A DNA stretch of 60,452 nucleotides from a virus (taxonomy: Duplodnaviria; Caudoviricetes): positions 1 through 60,452 of the IMG/VR virus record IMGVR_UViG_3300042516_000861; one strand, written 5' to 3'. The notes under the pieces are model-generated. The model was given only the letters and a program-made list of their open reading frames with translations. It searched no databases and was not told where the DNA came from. Every line of letters begins with the position of its first letter. The stretch's first letter is position 1. Of this stretch, positions 10,535 to 19,994 are shown in pieces. The position numbers and the translations under genes are program-made.

Positions 10535-10746
10535 TATCGCCTCGCTTTCGCTCTACGCTCTGCCTTCTCTTGCTCTTTTGCCTTGAGAGTCCAAAGCGCA
10601 GTCCACTCAGTTAATTCCATACTTGTAAGGGGGCGGTGTGCTGGACTCCCGTAAAGAAGTTCAGCCACCGACCTACCCAACTTTTCTGCTAATTCGAAAA
10701 GAAATCTACGCTCAGGATTCTTTAGGAAATCGTGCCTGTGCTTCGT
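10534..10746 (-). CDS. Frameshift extension of the tail assembly chaperone (gpGT-like), in the +1 frame
   Basis: Open frame ...NPERRFLFELAEKLGRSVAELL...MELTEWTALW...RR* overlaps the end of the chaperone gene; its TAA overlaps the tape measure ATG. Confidence 0.7.
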   Translation of the reverse strand, partial: TKHRHDFLKNPERRFLFELAEKLGRSVAELLYGSPAHRPLTSMELTEWTALWTLKAKEQEKAERRAKARR

Positions 10747-11071
10747 CTACCGCCTCCGCTGTAAGACCAGATGAGCCAAGTGCCTTTGTAGCAAGGCGCT
10801 CAACTACTGCGCCATTCTTAGAAAGGATGGACTCTTTATCTTGGTCAGTAAAGACTGGTAAACCTGTTGCTGGGTCATAGACAGTTGCGATAACTGTCAT
10901 GGCGTACATAAGACCGACATCTGTTTTGTCGCCCTTAGATGCGCCCTCACCCAACTTGGCGCGTTCCGCCGCTGTCATGGAGCGAATTTCTACTGTCACT
11001 CCCCACTCTGGAACTTCTACAAGTTCCTTTGTGATGTCATTGGCACTAAAGATTGTTTCTTTGAGACTCAT
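10712..11071 (-). CDS. Tail assembly chaperone
   Basis: VEVPEWGVTVEIRSMTAAER motif; lies between the tail tube and tape measure genes. Confidence 0.8.
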   Translation of the reverse strand: MSLKETIFSANDITKELVEVPEWGVTVEIRSMTAAERAKLGEGASKGDKTDVGLMYAMTVIATVYDPATGLPVFTDQDKESILSKNGAVVERLATKALGSSGLTAEAVDEAQARFPKES

Positions 11072-11128
11072 TTATTTCTCCTTGGACACTAGGTTGGTCA
11101 CGACTTATTAAGTTGTACTGCTATTGAA

Positions 11129-11548
11129 TTATGCTCCGAATGTACCGCGGGTTACCGCGCCTGTTACTTGGAATTCTGCTGAGTATGTCACGACATCGCC
11201 AACAGCGCCAGACTTCTCGTAAGAAGTCATAATGCACTCACCTGTGTACTTGACCTGACCGTTTGTTGTACCTTCTGGACCGTACTCAAATGAAAGTGTT
11301 GCCGCTTGTCCTAAGACAGCCGCTAGGTGAGTATCAACTGTTGCATCAAAGTTTCCTGATACTGAAACGGTTGAATCTGACAGACCGACAATGTAGGTCT
11401 TTGCGCTTGAACCGAATGAAGTTGTTTCAGCGGTCTCAACTGTCTGAGGGAATGAAACATCTGTAAGTGTGTCTGAAATGTTGGTAAGTGTGCCAGCCGC
11501 ATTGTCTACCTTGAATGAGGTGGACTTACCATGACGAAATGTAGGCAT
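11129..11548 (-). CDS. Major tail (tube) protein
   Basis: ETTSFG...YIVGL and GDVVTYSAEFQVTG tube motifs. Confidence 0.8.
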   Translation of the reverse strand: MPTFRHGKSTSFKVDNAAGTLTNISDTLTDVSFPQTVETAETTSFGSSAKTYIVGLSDSTVSVSGNFDATVDTHLAAVLGQAATLSFEYGPEGTTNGQVKYTGECIMTSYEKSGAVGDVVTYSAEFQVTGAVTRGTFGA

Positions 11549-11551
11549 TTA

Positions 11552-12283
11552 TTATCTCCTTGAAAAAGCCACGATTGGGGTGGCGCTACCTGTGGAACCT
11601 GCAACCGTGTAGTTCACGCGCAGGTATCTTGCTACTGATGTTCCAGCCGCAACTTCAACTCGGTAAGAAATCTTCTGAGTTGATGTGACTGCGGTGAATG
11701 TCACCAAGTCTGCAAAAGTTGAGTTGTCGGCTGACTGCTGAACTTTTACTGTGATATTTCCATTTCGAGTATTAGTCGGAACGGAAAGATATGCAACTCC
11801 ACCATTGGCTGATGAAGCGCCATTGTCCACGCCTGTTCCGTTTCCAGTCGCAGTAACGGCTGAACCAGAGGACAAGATGACCCCGTGTTCTACACCATTA
11901 GATGACTGGAACTCAGCACTTGCCTGAACAACATCTGCGATTGCTCCTGATACCTCGTATGAAGTGGCATCGGACTCAAGCATCACGGCGCGAGCGCCGT
12001 TAGCATGACCTTCGGTTGCAACAATTACTTTTTCCTTTGTTGCTCCACCAAGAACTGTTGCAAAATAATCATCGGTACCTGTATCTTCAGTTCCTTCGAA
12101 CATACCTGAAAGCGATACGGTTCCATCTTTTAGACCTGAAATGTACTCCTTGGCGCTTGAGCCAAAGGTACTTGTCTCGGCTGTCTCAACTGTTGTTGAT
12201 GCGCTTACATCATTGAAATAAGACGAGAAATCGAACTCATCTACAAAAACTTGTACATTTTTACCGTGACGGAAAGTAGGCAT
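11552..12283 (-). CDS. Second tail-tube paralogue with C-terminal extension domain
   Basis: Same MPTFRHGK start and ETAETSTFGSSAK motif as 11129-11548, plus about 100 extra residues. Confidence 0.7.
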   Translation of the reverse strand: MPTFRHGKNVQVFVDEFDFSSYFNDVSASTTVETAETSTFGSSAKEYISGLKDGTVSLSGMFEGTEDTGTDDYFATVLGGATKEKVIVATEGHANGARAVMLESDATSYEVSGAIADVVQASAEFQSSNGVEHGVILSSGSAVTATGNGTGVDNGASSANGGVAYLSVPTNTRNGNITVKVQQSADNSTFADLVTFTAVTSTQKISYRVEVAAGTSVARYLRVNYTVAGSTGSATPIVAFSRR

Positions 12284-12594
12284 TATTTCTCCTCAACTGG
12301 GCGCTGGTGAATTGTTCCATCTTGAAGAAAACCATCTCCATCGCCATCTGTGGCATCTGGGTCAAATCCATCTTCTTCTTTGACAGCCTCAACTGGAGCC
12401 TCGACTACTGGCTCAACAATTGGTTCAGTCTTTTTTTCTTCAACTTTGATTGCTGGCTTAGAGGAATCCTCAATAGCGCCAGACTCAAGTAGCCACTTGA
12501 TTGATGTGGCTGGCAAATCTTCTACGACATCGCCAATTTCGGCGCGTTTGTTCGGTGGGTAATCAATCCCCTGAAGTACACGGTACTTAGCCAT
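12283..12594 (-). CDS. Small virion-associated protein with DGDGDG motif
   Basis: GGAGG RBS; ends FDPDATDGDGDGFLQDGTIHQRP. Confidence 0.6.
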   Translation of the reverse strand: MAKYRVLQGIDYPPNKRAEIGDVVEDLPATSIKWLLESGAIEDSSKPAIKVEEKKTEPIVEPVVEAPVEAVKEEDGFDPDATDGDGDGFLQDGTIHQRPVEEK

Positions 12595-12716
12595 CTATTC
12601 CTCCTTGACGGCGCATGGGTAGCCCAAGTACACCGTCTAAGGTCACACGGACACGAAAGGTAAGACGACTAACTGGGGCGACTAGCGCACATTAAGGAAA
12701 GTGTATCAGGCTTGAA

Positions 12717-13133
12717 TTATGAGACTTTAGCCTCAACATATTCTGAACTCACAAAGACTTTTTCGCCTGATTCAATCACGATTCCAACACGCTTCAAGAT
12801 TTCTTCACCGTTCCAGGTTTCGTAGCCAAGCCAGAAGATTTCGCCTTCTGTACCTTTCGCTACTTTGCGACCCTTAACGACCACAACTTTTTGACCTCTA
12901 ACGATTTGACCTTCGGCTAACTGGCGCTTAAGGGTTTCTTGATACTTGACAATTTCTTTTTCGTCACATTCGTGAACTGGGTAGATAGCCTTGCCTCTGG
13001 CTGAGTAGTCAGCATATTGGCTGGAGACAATCTCAATACTTGCAATGTAGAACTTGCCGCTCTTTGACTCGCACTTAACGACTGAGCGCCCGCACTTGAA
13101 GCAAGGCTTTGAACTCTCGACAGGTCTTGCCAT
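12717..13133 (-). CDS. Hypothetical protein (CxxC N-terminus, SH3/KOW-like C-terminus) with its own promoter
   Basis: ORF with AAGGGG RBS; VVKGRKVAKGTEGEIFW. Confidence 0.6.
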   Translation of the reverse strand: MARPVESSKPCFKCGRSVVKCESKSGKFYIASIEIVSSQYADYSARGKAIYPVHECDEKEIVKYQETLKRQLAEGQIVRGQKVVVVKGRKVAKGTEGEIFWLGYETWNGEEILKRVGIVIESGEKVFVSSEYVEAKVS

Positions 13134-13158
13134 TTCTATCCCCTTTCGTTACAGCACT

Positions 13159-13186
13159 ATTATATCATACCCCAGTTAATAATCAA
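13159..13186 (-). promoter_or_regulatory. Promoter with AACTGGGG box
   Basis: TTGATT-16-TATAAT. Confidence 0.6.
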
Positions 13187-13566
13187 TGGTTTTTGTGATA
13201 TTTGCACTTCCACTTTTTTCCCTGCTCGGGAAGTTGCTCCTCGATTTGAGCAAAGATTTTGTGGGCTGCTTTGTGGGCGTAGGCATCTACATCCTCGCTG
13301 CTGTCTTGATATTCAAGGCTATTAAATTCTGCTCTATAAATTGCCTCACCTCTTAAAAGCAAAGCCTCTTTTTCTGAAAGTTCGAGTTGAATCGAAAATC
13401 CAATCTTTCCACTTTTCTTTCGTGGAGCCTTCTCGATTTTTTCGATGAGGCTAATGAACTCATGTTCCTCGACACCATTGACGGCACCTTGATAAAGGTC
13501 CTCTGAAGCAGGTGACCAGTCCTCGATAAACTTACCGCTGACTTTGACGGAGACGATTTTTCCCAT
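13183..13566 (-). CDS. Hypothetical protein with its own promoter
   Basis: Likely start MGKIVS at 13566 after GAGAGGGGGG. Confidence 0.6.
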   Translation of the reverse strand: MGKIVSVKVSGKFIEDWSPASEDLYQGAVNGVEEHEFISLIEKIEKAPRKKSGKIGFSIQLELSEKEALLLRGEAIYRAEFNSLEYQDSSEDVDAYAHKAAHKIFAQIEEQLPEQGKKWKCKYHKNH

Positions 13567-13587
13567 TTCTCCCCCCTCTCTAAATCT

Positions 13588-13616
13588 ATTATACCACACG
13601 GGGGTTAATAATGCAA
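13588..13616 (-). promoter_or_regulatory. Promoter with AACCCCCGT box
   Basis: TTGCAT-17-TATAAT. Confidence 0.7.
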
Positions 13617-13621
13617 GCATG

Positions 13622-13657
13622 AAAAAGCCCCTCGGTTCTTCCCCGTCACCGAGAGGC
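13622..13657 (-). terminator. Intrinsic terminator
   Basis: GCCTCTCGGT/ACCGAGGGGC stem followed by TTTTT on the minus strand. Confidence 0.7.
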
Positions 13658-13676
13658 TATTTCAAAACAAAACTTA

Positions 13677-13961
13677 TCACAGACCTTCTCGGCGAGCGCG
13701 TTCCTCCCGAATCATGGCGAGTGTCAAAAAGTAACCGATGCCGTCTACAACTGTGTCGGGCTTTGTAATGTGGGCTTCTCTGGCAATCTTAACTCCGACC
13801 ATGCAAAGACTTACCTGCTCGGCTGTGACCTCTATGCCCAGGATTGCAGACCATATCTGCGCCGCCCTAGTGAAGTTATCTAAAGGATGCCCATAAGCCT
13901 CCTGGCGGTCTCCAGAGACGAGTTCAGCCGCATACATGGCTATGTCTCTAGGGTCATTCAT
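13677..13961 (-). CDS. DUF6378-like (nucleotide hydrolase-associated) protein
   Basis: [22 protein letters not shown]...MVGVKIARE...DGIGY; likely start MNDPRD at 13961. Confidence 0.7.
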   Translation of the reverse strand: MNDPRDIAMYAAELVSGDRQEAYGHPLDNFTRAAQIWSAILGIEVTAEQVSLCMVGVKIAREAHITKPDTVVDGIGYFLTLAMIREERARREGL

Positions 13962-15157
13962 TGAAGTAGTTGGAGGTCTGTTATCCCCCGCTCCGACACA
14001 ACAAATGTCAGAACTCCCACATCCGCAGTTTCCCCCGTTGATTGACTCCACCATACGCTTCCCCCATCTAGTGCTGGAGCCTGGAGCCATTTAACTCCGC
14101 CCCAATCTGCCATCTTGAGCGAATGATAGTGACCAGTCACTAAAATATCGCAGTCACCAATTTTATTGCGCCCGAGTGTCTGGTCAGCAATCCAACGGCG
14201 TAACTTGGCTTCAACTCCAGCCCCAGCGCGAGCCAGATGTCCGTGAGTAATCCCGATGATTTTTGTTCCCGCTTCAACTGTCAGCGATAGGGCATCTGTT
14301 GGAATGGCGAACTTGATATGCCCGTAGGCTTCAGGGTTGGCTTGGAAGATTTCAGCAACGGACTCAACTAAGGCTACATCGTCATTATCGTTAAGAGTGG
14401 TAAAGGCTTTTCCGTTCTTGCGGTTCTCGCCATGGTTTCCGCCAATCGCCGCGACTGTGATTTCAGGAGCGAACTTAGACCAGCGGATTAGGGCATCTCG
14501 AAGTAGACGGCGAGCAATCTTTACTTGGTCTCGTCTATCAACTTCCACCGTAAAAGTCTGGATGTCATAATGTCCATCACAACCTTCAACTAAATCACCG
14601 AGGCAAAGGACAGTTATGGATTCGATAGGTCTGCCCATCTTTTTCAATTCTTTGTATCGCGCTTCAACATCGTCAATGGCTTGGAGCCAGCGACCAACTA
14701 AACCTTTAAGTCCGTCTCCATCTTTCTTTCCGACCTGCCAATCTGCGGCAACTACAACTAAACTAGCGCTACCTTCAATGAGTGGCTTTCTTTCTCTGGG
14801 CTTATGCTTTCGTATCTCCTGAATCAAATGGTCTATATCGGCGCGTTCTTTAGCCCCTTTACGAACGACTCTGCCTTTCCATTGGCGGTTGAGCGCACCT
14901 TCGGCGTTCCCCCACACATTAAAGAGAACAGGCTCGACAACAGCGAAGTTATCGGGGTCGAGACCCCAGATACGAAGAACTCCTGACCAATCTGGGTGAG
15001 TATCACCTTCCATTGCTTCGGTAGTTACTACGCCTTCATTGCCATCCCACGAAACCCCAGGAGTCCATTCAGCGCTTCTTTTGCGCGACTCCATAGGCTG
15101 AGTCGTATTGTTCTCTGTAGTCTTTAAGAGATTTGTTAAAGCATCATCTAAATTCAT
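13958..15157 (-). CDS. Calcineurin-like metallophosphoesterase
   Basis: ADWQVG, LGDLVE, GNHGE, THGH and GHYH motifs. Confidence 0.85.
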   Translation of the reverse strand: MNLDDALTNLLKTTENNTTQPMESRKRSAEWTPGVSWDGNEGVVTTEAMEGDTHPDWSGVLRIWGLDPDNFAVVEPVLFNVWGNAEGALNRQWKGRVVRKGAKERADIDHLIQEIRKHKPRERKPLIEGSASLVVVAADWQVGKKDGDGLKGLVGRWLQAIDDVEARYKELKKMGRPIESITVLCLGDLVEGCDGHYDIQTFTVEVDRRDQVKIARRLLRDALIRWSKFAPEITVAAIGGNHGENRKNGKAFTTLNDNDDVALVESVAEIFQANPEAYGHIKFAIPTDALSLTVEAGTKIIGITHGHLARAGAGVEAKLRRWIADQTLGRNKIGDCDILVTGHYHSLKMADWGGVKWLQAPALDGGSVWWSQSTGETADVGVLTFVVSERGITDLQLLQ

Positions 15158-15534
15158 TTTTCACACTTGCATCCGTCTAAGCCTTGCAATCTACGGCGGT
15201 GGCGGCGAACTACATTCGAACTCATCTCGAACCCAAAGTCAGCGAGAACCTTTGTTATTGCGGTTCCTTCAACTGAGGTATTCATAAGAGTTTCCATTAG
15301 TTTTGATGAGAAGGATTCAGGCAACTCTCTCATCAATTTACCCATCGCGCACTCATGCCCAGGCAAGGTCTTTTTTCCATTGAGCGAGTCTAACTTAGAG
15401 GCAAAATCATCCAGACTTATTTTTTGACTTACATCTTGGACATCGGATACTCCACGGGCGCGTTGCCGACTCAAAGAGGAGTCTGTCGCATTTCCAGCAC
15501 CTTTGGAACTCGTCTGTCGTTGCGTTTCTGCCAT
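15154..15534 (-). CDS. Hypothetical protein (start uncertain)
   Basis: C-terminal VRRHRR...CKC; coupled to the phosphoesterase gene. Confidence 0.5.
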   Translation of the reverse strand: MAETQRQTSSKGAGNATDSSLSRQRARGVSDVQDVSQKISLDDFASKLDSLNGKKTLPGHECAMGKLMRELPESFSSKLMETLMNTSVEGTAITKVLADFGFEMSSNVVRRHRRRLQGLDGCKCEK

Positions 15535-15595
15535 ACGGGTCTACCACTCTCTCCTGGGGAGCCAATGGCTCCGTGGTTATTTCCTCACTAGACAT
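15407..15595 (-). CDS. Mu Com-like zinc-ribbon protein
   Basis: RCWKCDRLL...IRCPRCKSKN. Confidence 0.65.
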   Translation of the reverse strand: MSSEEITTEPLAPQERVVDPYGRNATTDEFQRCWKCDRLLFESATRPWSIRCPRCKSKNKSG

Positions 15596-16002
15596 CGAAA
15601 ATTCGCCGATAATAGTGGTCTTTGCTTTGGGTCTATCCCCAATGGATTAACACTACCCATTGGCTCTATACGCAAAACATGGACACCTGAAATTGTGACA
15701 CCAGTTATTGAAGCAAGCAAGTTTCGAATATCTTCAATTTTGTCTCTGGCTGTTGGATAATCTTCTTTCCCTGCGCGAGAAATAATCTGGAGCATCGGGT
15801 AATCAATAACGATGCCTCCGCTTCCCATCGTGAAGGCTGGTGGGGTGCCAGAGTTTTCGTAGATGGCTGTGCAGACATCGGGAGACTCAGGAAGGGTGGC
15901 TAAAAATAGGCTAGTTCCAAGGGTGCCTTGAGAAGCGTGTGCGCCAAAAGCGCTTGCTGTGTTCTGCAAGTAATCGCCTATGGACTCAAGAATTGTTGCC
16001 AT
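15577..16002 (-). CDS. Tail terminator / tail completion protein
   Basis: Synteny after the neck genes; LGIDPKQRPLLSANF. Confidence 0.7.
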   Translation of the reverse strand: MATILESIGDYLQNTASAFGAHASQGTLGTSLFLATLPESPDVCTAIYENSGTPPAFTMGSGGIVIDYPMLQIISRAGKEDYPTARDKIEDIRNLLASITGVTISGVHVLRIEPMGSVNPLGIDPKQRPLLSANFRCLVRK

Positions 16003-16409
16003 TACACCGCTCCATTCTTTCTCATTAAGTCAATGATACGCCTAACCATATTTTGCTGAATTTCTGGCAATCTCTCCATGAAAGGTTGCTCCAGATATTT
16101 AGCCTGAGTTGGCGGGTTGTGGTAATTGCCTAGAATCTCATGGACATACATAGCGTATGGGGCGGCTGGTCCACCAAAGAAAATATCAACTCCGATGCCT
16201 TGAGGAGTGTTCATTGGAGCCGAGACTCCGCCAGAGCCGCGCAGAGCGCCTGTATCAATAGGGGTCAAAATCATCGCTCTGGCAAAAATCATATTGGCTT
16301 CTTCAAGGATTACTTGACCAACAATCTTGCCAGCATCCTTGCCAGAGAACTCCAGCATATTGCGTAACTCTTGAGCGCCTTCTAATTCAAATGTAAAGGT
16401 TTGCGCCAT
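16002..16409 (-). CDS. HK97 gp10-like neck protein
   Basis: TPIDTGALRGS, APYAMYVHE, AKYLEQP motifs. Confidence 0.8.
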   Translation of the reverse strand: MAQTFTFELEGAQELRNMLEFSGKDAGKIVGQVILEEANMIFARAMILTPIDTGALRGSGGVSAPMNTPQGIGVDIFFGGPAAPYAMYVHEILGNYHNPPTQAKYLEQPFMERLPEIQQNMVRRIIDLMRKNGAV

Positions 16410-16411
16410 GG

Positions 16412-16750
16412 TTATCTACCAAAGCGTATGACGGTGTGATGCGCTCCGTTTTCGTCTGCGATGTTATCAACTGCATTGATAGTAAATGTGTCGTTTCCGA
16501 CAACCATTCTGTGTGCCACGGTAATTGAAGTCTGCGGACCCTTAGTTATGAAGCGACCAATATCGGTAACTTCAACTCCTTGAACATCGCGGCTTCGAAC
16601 TGTGTCATAGATAAGGCGACCAGTAGCCGAGATATTTGTTTGAGCATTACCAAAAGTGGTTTTATTGTATTTATCAACTGATGCCTTGGGAGTAAAGACC
16701 ACGGTATCGCTCATAAACTCAGCGACTTTGTTGTAGATAGCATCTGCCAT
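16412..16750 (-). CDS. Head closure protein
   Basis: Size, synteny and beta-rich composition. Confidence 0.65.
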   Translation of the reverse strand: MADAIYNKVAEFMSDTVVFTPKASVDKYNKTTFGNAQTNISATGRLIYDTVRSRDVQGVEVTDIGRFITKGPQTSITVAHRMVVGNDTFTINAVDNIADENGAHHTVIRFGR

Positions 16751-16760
16751 GGCTACACCC

Positions 16761-17207
16761 CTACTCTACGATGCGTGTTTCGTAGAAAGAGTTTGGGTTA
16801 TCCATCTGACCGACTACAAAATCTGTATTGTAATCGGTAGTTGTCTTGTCATCTGTGGACTTCAAAGCATCTGCCTTAGCCCATGGGCGAGGAGGAGATT
16901 TACGCATTTTGCGCTGGAATAGGCTGTGAGCCAACTCTTTATAGTGCGTTACCTTTGAACTGTAAGACTCGGAGACCGAAATATCGCCAACGCTCTTTGA
17001 AGTGCTATCGGCTAGACGAGCAAAGCGAGCGATAAGGATTTCAGCCAACTCACGCGCTGCCTCATAGGAATCATTTGACCATTCGGTAAGGACATAGGAA
17101 ATTTCTTCATCTGAAAAAAGGGCATCAGTAGAATCTGTATCGTTAAGAAGAAAACGAACATAGTTTCTAGCAGATGTACTCGGGTCTCCTGAATAGGTGA
17201 ATGTCAT
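16761..17207 (-). CDS. Head-tail adaptor protein
   Basis: VRFLLNDTD...LFSDEEI and KSVGDISVS motifs. Confidence 0.75.
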   Translation of the reverse strand: MTFTYSGDPSTSARNYVRFLLNDTDSTDALFSDEEISYVLTEWSNDSYEAARELAEILIARFARLADSTSKSVGDISVSESYSSKVTHYKELAHSLFQRKMRKSPPRPWAKADALKSTDDKTTTDYNTDFVVGQMDNPNSFYETRIVE

Positions 17208-17740
17208 TACATACCGCCGAGAAATAACATAGAAGTGCGGACAAAATTCTGGGTTGCAAGAATGTCAGTCTCGTTAGGTAGGGTGACCGTTACATCCTCT
17301 GTTGGCTCACCCGCTGAAAGGGTAAGTTCAAAGGCGTTGGCTGTAGTTCCCTCAAAAACAATGTTCTGAGAGAAAGCCAACTCAAGTCCTGATTGCTGAC
17401 CCGTAAAGGTTGCATTGCTGATGGTTGGTGAGGTCAAAGCCGTAATGTCTGTAAGGTTTCCAGTCGTAATGACTGTTCCGCTGACATTTGGCAATGTTGC
17501 AATTCGGTCTGCTGTTGGGTCTACAACTGTGAGAGTTGTTTCAAAGCCATTCGCCGTTGCACCTTCAAAGACCAACTCAGTTGGAATCTGGATATTGCCA
17601 GTAAAGGTTGCTCCAGCAAGAAGGGCGTAATCGTTTAACTCTGTATCTACATCTGTAGCAAGATTTTGAATATCGGTATGGATGGCAGGGTTATCTCCCG
17701 CTGTTGGGTAGCGTAAACCCTTAGTAGTTGTACCTGCCAT
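17207..17740 (-). CDS. Virion fibre-associated protein with EGxTxxxFExTL...PTxD repeats
   Basis: Two internal repeats shared with 22229-22840. Confidence 0.55.
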   Translation of the reverse strand: MAGTTTKGLRYPTAGDNPAIHTDIQNLATDVDTELNDYALLAGATFTGNIQIPTELVFEGATANGFETTLTVVDPTADRIATLPNVSGTVITTGNLTDITALTSPTISNATFTGQQSGLELAFSQNIVFEGTTANAFELTLSAGEPTEDVTVTLPNETDILATQNFVRTSMLFLGGM

Positions 17741-17751
17741 TTTTTATCCCC

Positions 17752-19587
17752 TTATGCAATCGTGTATCTAATAATAACAAGACCTGAACCACCTGAACCG
17801 CCTGCTCTATTTGTTGAGCCACCATTACTTCCTGATGAAGAACCGCCACCACTTCCTGTATTTACAGTTGCACTAAATCCAGGAAGGGCAGGAACTGTAT
17901 TTACCTGCGAACCAGCACCACCGCCACCTGAACCACCTGCGCCTGCGGATTGACCAGAACCAGCGCCAGCACCACCGCCACCTGCGTAATAACCACTAAC
18001 ACCAGTACCAGTTGCGCTTGCCCAAGATGACCAAGTATTTAATCCTGCGCCACCAGCACCTGCTTGGCTACCAGCACCCGTTTGACCAGCCGCGCCAGCA
18101 CCACCGCCACCGCCAGCATTGTTTTGAGTTGCACCACCGCCAGCATTACCGTATCCAGTTCCGCCAGTTCCAGTTTGCGTTGTTGCGCCACCTGAAGCAG
18201 TTTGCATATCATACGCGTTATTTGCTCCACCACCGCAACCGCCAGCGACACCGTTTCTACTAGCACTACCATTAGAAGCACCACCACCGCCACCTTTAGC
18301 AAGAGTTAAAGAACCAAATTGTGAATCACCACCACTTGCCCCTGAAACTGCTTCATTATCGCTTCCAGCACCACCAGCGCCGACTGTAATTGTGTACCCA
18401 GTTGCCGTAAGTGATTGAGATGTTGCGTAGAAAATACCACCAGCACCGCCACCACCTGCTTGACGGACACCACCTCCTGCACCACCAGCAATTACTAATG
18501 TATCTGCGCTAAGTGATTGAGTTGGAGTAAATGTTCCCGAACCTGTAAATGTGTGATACCAATAAGTACCATCGTTAGTTACTGTTCCGCCGATTGCCTT
18601 AGCAAGATAAGAAGAAGTTGTATTAAATACACCCGATGAAGTAAATGTGTGAATCCAATAACCGCCAGAATTTACAACTGTATTACCGCCAGATGCTTTC
18701 TGCGTAGCAGATAAGTAACGAGCAATCACAATTCCTGAACCACCGTTACCAGCAAGACCAAGTGTTGCTAACTGCCCTGTGTAAGAGCCACCTCCACCGC
18801 CGCCACCTGTTCCCAAAGTTCCATTGCCACCGTTAATAGTTCCAGTACCGCTTGAACCTATCCCAGTTCCGCCAGCGCCACCACCACCATTACCTCCCGC
18901 GCCTGCTGACTGAGTGCCATAGTTGAAAGAACCGTAACCACCACCACCACCGCCTGCATAAAAAGTTGATGTTCCTGAAATAGAGTTTGCAAGTCCTACT
19001 CCGCCAGCACCGCAAATACCGTTGTTGCTTCCACCTGAACCGCCTGCACCGCCAGCACCGCCGCCACCGCCTGTAGATTCGCCGTAGCCTGAACCTGGAC
19101 CGCCTACACCGCCAGCGTTACCCTGTCCAGCGGGAGAAGCAGAGCCAGCAGTATTACTACCCCAACCACCACCACCTGAACCACCAGCAGCACCTTGATA
19201 CATCTCAGCGGTAACTGCTGTGCCATTGTTATATCCGCCGCCGCCGCCGCCGCCTGTTGATGTGGTGGAATTGAAACTTGAATTGTTGCCGTTACTTGCT
19301 GAAGGGTTTACAGCGTTAAGTTGCCCCCCGCCGCCAGCACCTACTATTACTGTGAAAGAAGTATCAAGTGCAAAAGATGCAGCACTTACTGTTCTATAAC
19401 CACCAGCACCGCCACCTGCTCCTGAAGCACGACCACCTCCACCGCCGCCTGCAACTACAAGGTAATCAACTGAGATTGATGAATCAAAACTTTGTTTCGC
19501 ACCAGTCAGCGTGATATTTCCAGTCGTCAAAGCAGATACCTGTGAGCCAGGAATCATTATGCGCTGTAAGCCGAGGTGTGGTGTCAT
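17752..19587 (-). CDS. Glycine-rich fibre protein
   Basis: Two units each running from YLVVAGGG-like to GGSGxVI(A/I)RY, with HTFTxSG motifs. Confidence 0.7.
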   Translation of the reverse strand: MTPHLGLQRIMIPGSQVSALTTGNITLTGAKQSFDSSISVDYLVVAGGGGGGRASGAGGGAGGYRTVSAASFALDTSFTVIVGAGGGGQLNAVNPSASNGNNSSFNSTTSTGGGGGGGYNNGTAVTAEMYQGAAGGSGGGGWGSNTAGSASPAGQGNAGGVGGPGSGYGESTGGGGGAGGAGGSGGSNNGICGAGGVGLANSISGTSTFYAGGGGGGYGSFNYGTQSAGAGGNGGGGAGGTGIGSSGTGTINGGNGTLGTGGGGGGGSYTGQLATLGLAGNGGSGIVIARYLSATQKASGGNTVVNSGGYWIHTFTSSGVFNTTSSYLAKAIGGTVTNDGTYWYHTFTGSGTFTPTQSLSADTLVIAGGAGGGVRQAGGGGAGGIFYATSQSLTATGYTITVGAGGAGSDNEAVSGASGGDSQFGSLTLAKGGGGGASNGSASRNGVAGGCGGGANNAYDMQTASGGATTQTGTGGTGYGNAGGGATQNNAGGGGGAGAAGQTGAGSQAGAGGAGLNTWSSWASATGTGVSGYYAGGGGAGAGSGQSAGAGGSGGGGAGSQVNTVPALPGFSATVNTGSGGGSSSGSNGGSTNRAGGSGGSGLVIIRYTIA

Positions 19588-19601
19588 GGTTTTCTATATC
19601 C

Positions 19602-19970
19602 TTATTCGGTAATTAAATCCCAAGAGGTTGTTTCTTCGTTCCATGTGTAACGACCTTCAGTTGGCATTGCAACTGGAGCCTCGTATACACAAGATTCTTC
19701 ATTAAGAACCCATGATGGATATGGTTTTGGAGCGATGAAAGCATCTAGGGCTTCATCGTATGAATATCCAATTCCAGCGTAATTCTTACGAAATGGTGTT
19801 CCGCCATTAGCGTGAACTCCCGCGTATGTGTTGTATGAAGTCTTTAGCCATGTTCCGCCAAGACCTAGTGTGTTCGCTAAAAAGTTCTGTCCGTCTGATT
19901 CATTCGAATCATCCACAACAAGAACGCGAAGAACGATGTTGTTCTCATCTACTTCTGCGAAGTGTGCCAT
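19602..19970 (-). CDS. Conserved phage protein accompanying glycine-rich fibres
   Basis: MAHFAE...RKNYAGIGYSYD...DAFIAPKPYPSW. Confidence 0.65.
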   Translation of the reverse strand: MAHFAEVDENNIVLRVLVVDDSNESDGQNFLANTLGLGGTWLKTSYNTYAGVHANGGTPFRKNYAGIGYSYDEALDAFIAPKPYPSWVLNEESCVYEAPVAMPTEGRYTWNEETTSWDLITE

Positions 19971-19994
19971 TTGTTTCTCCTTTGTTTTTGTTAT

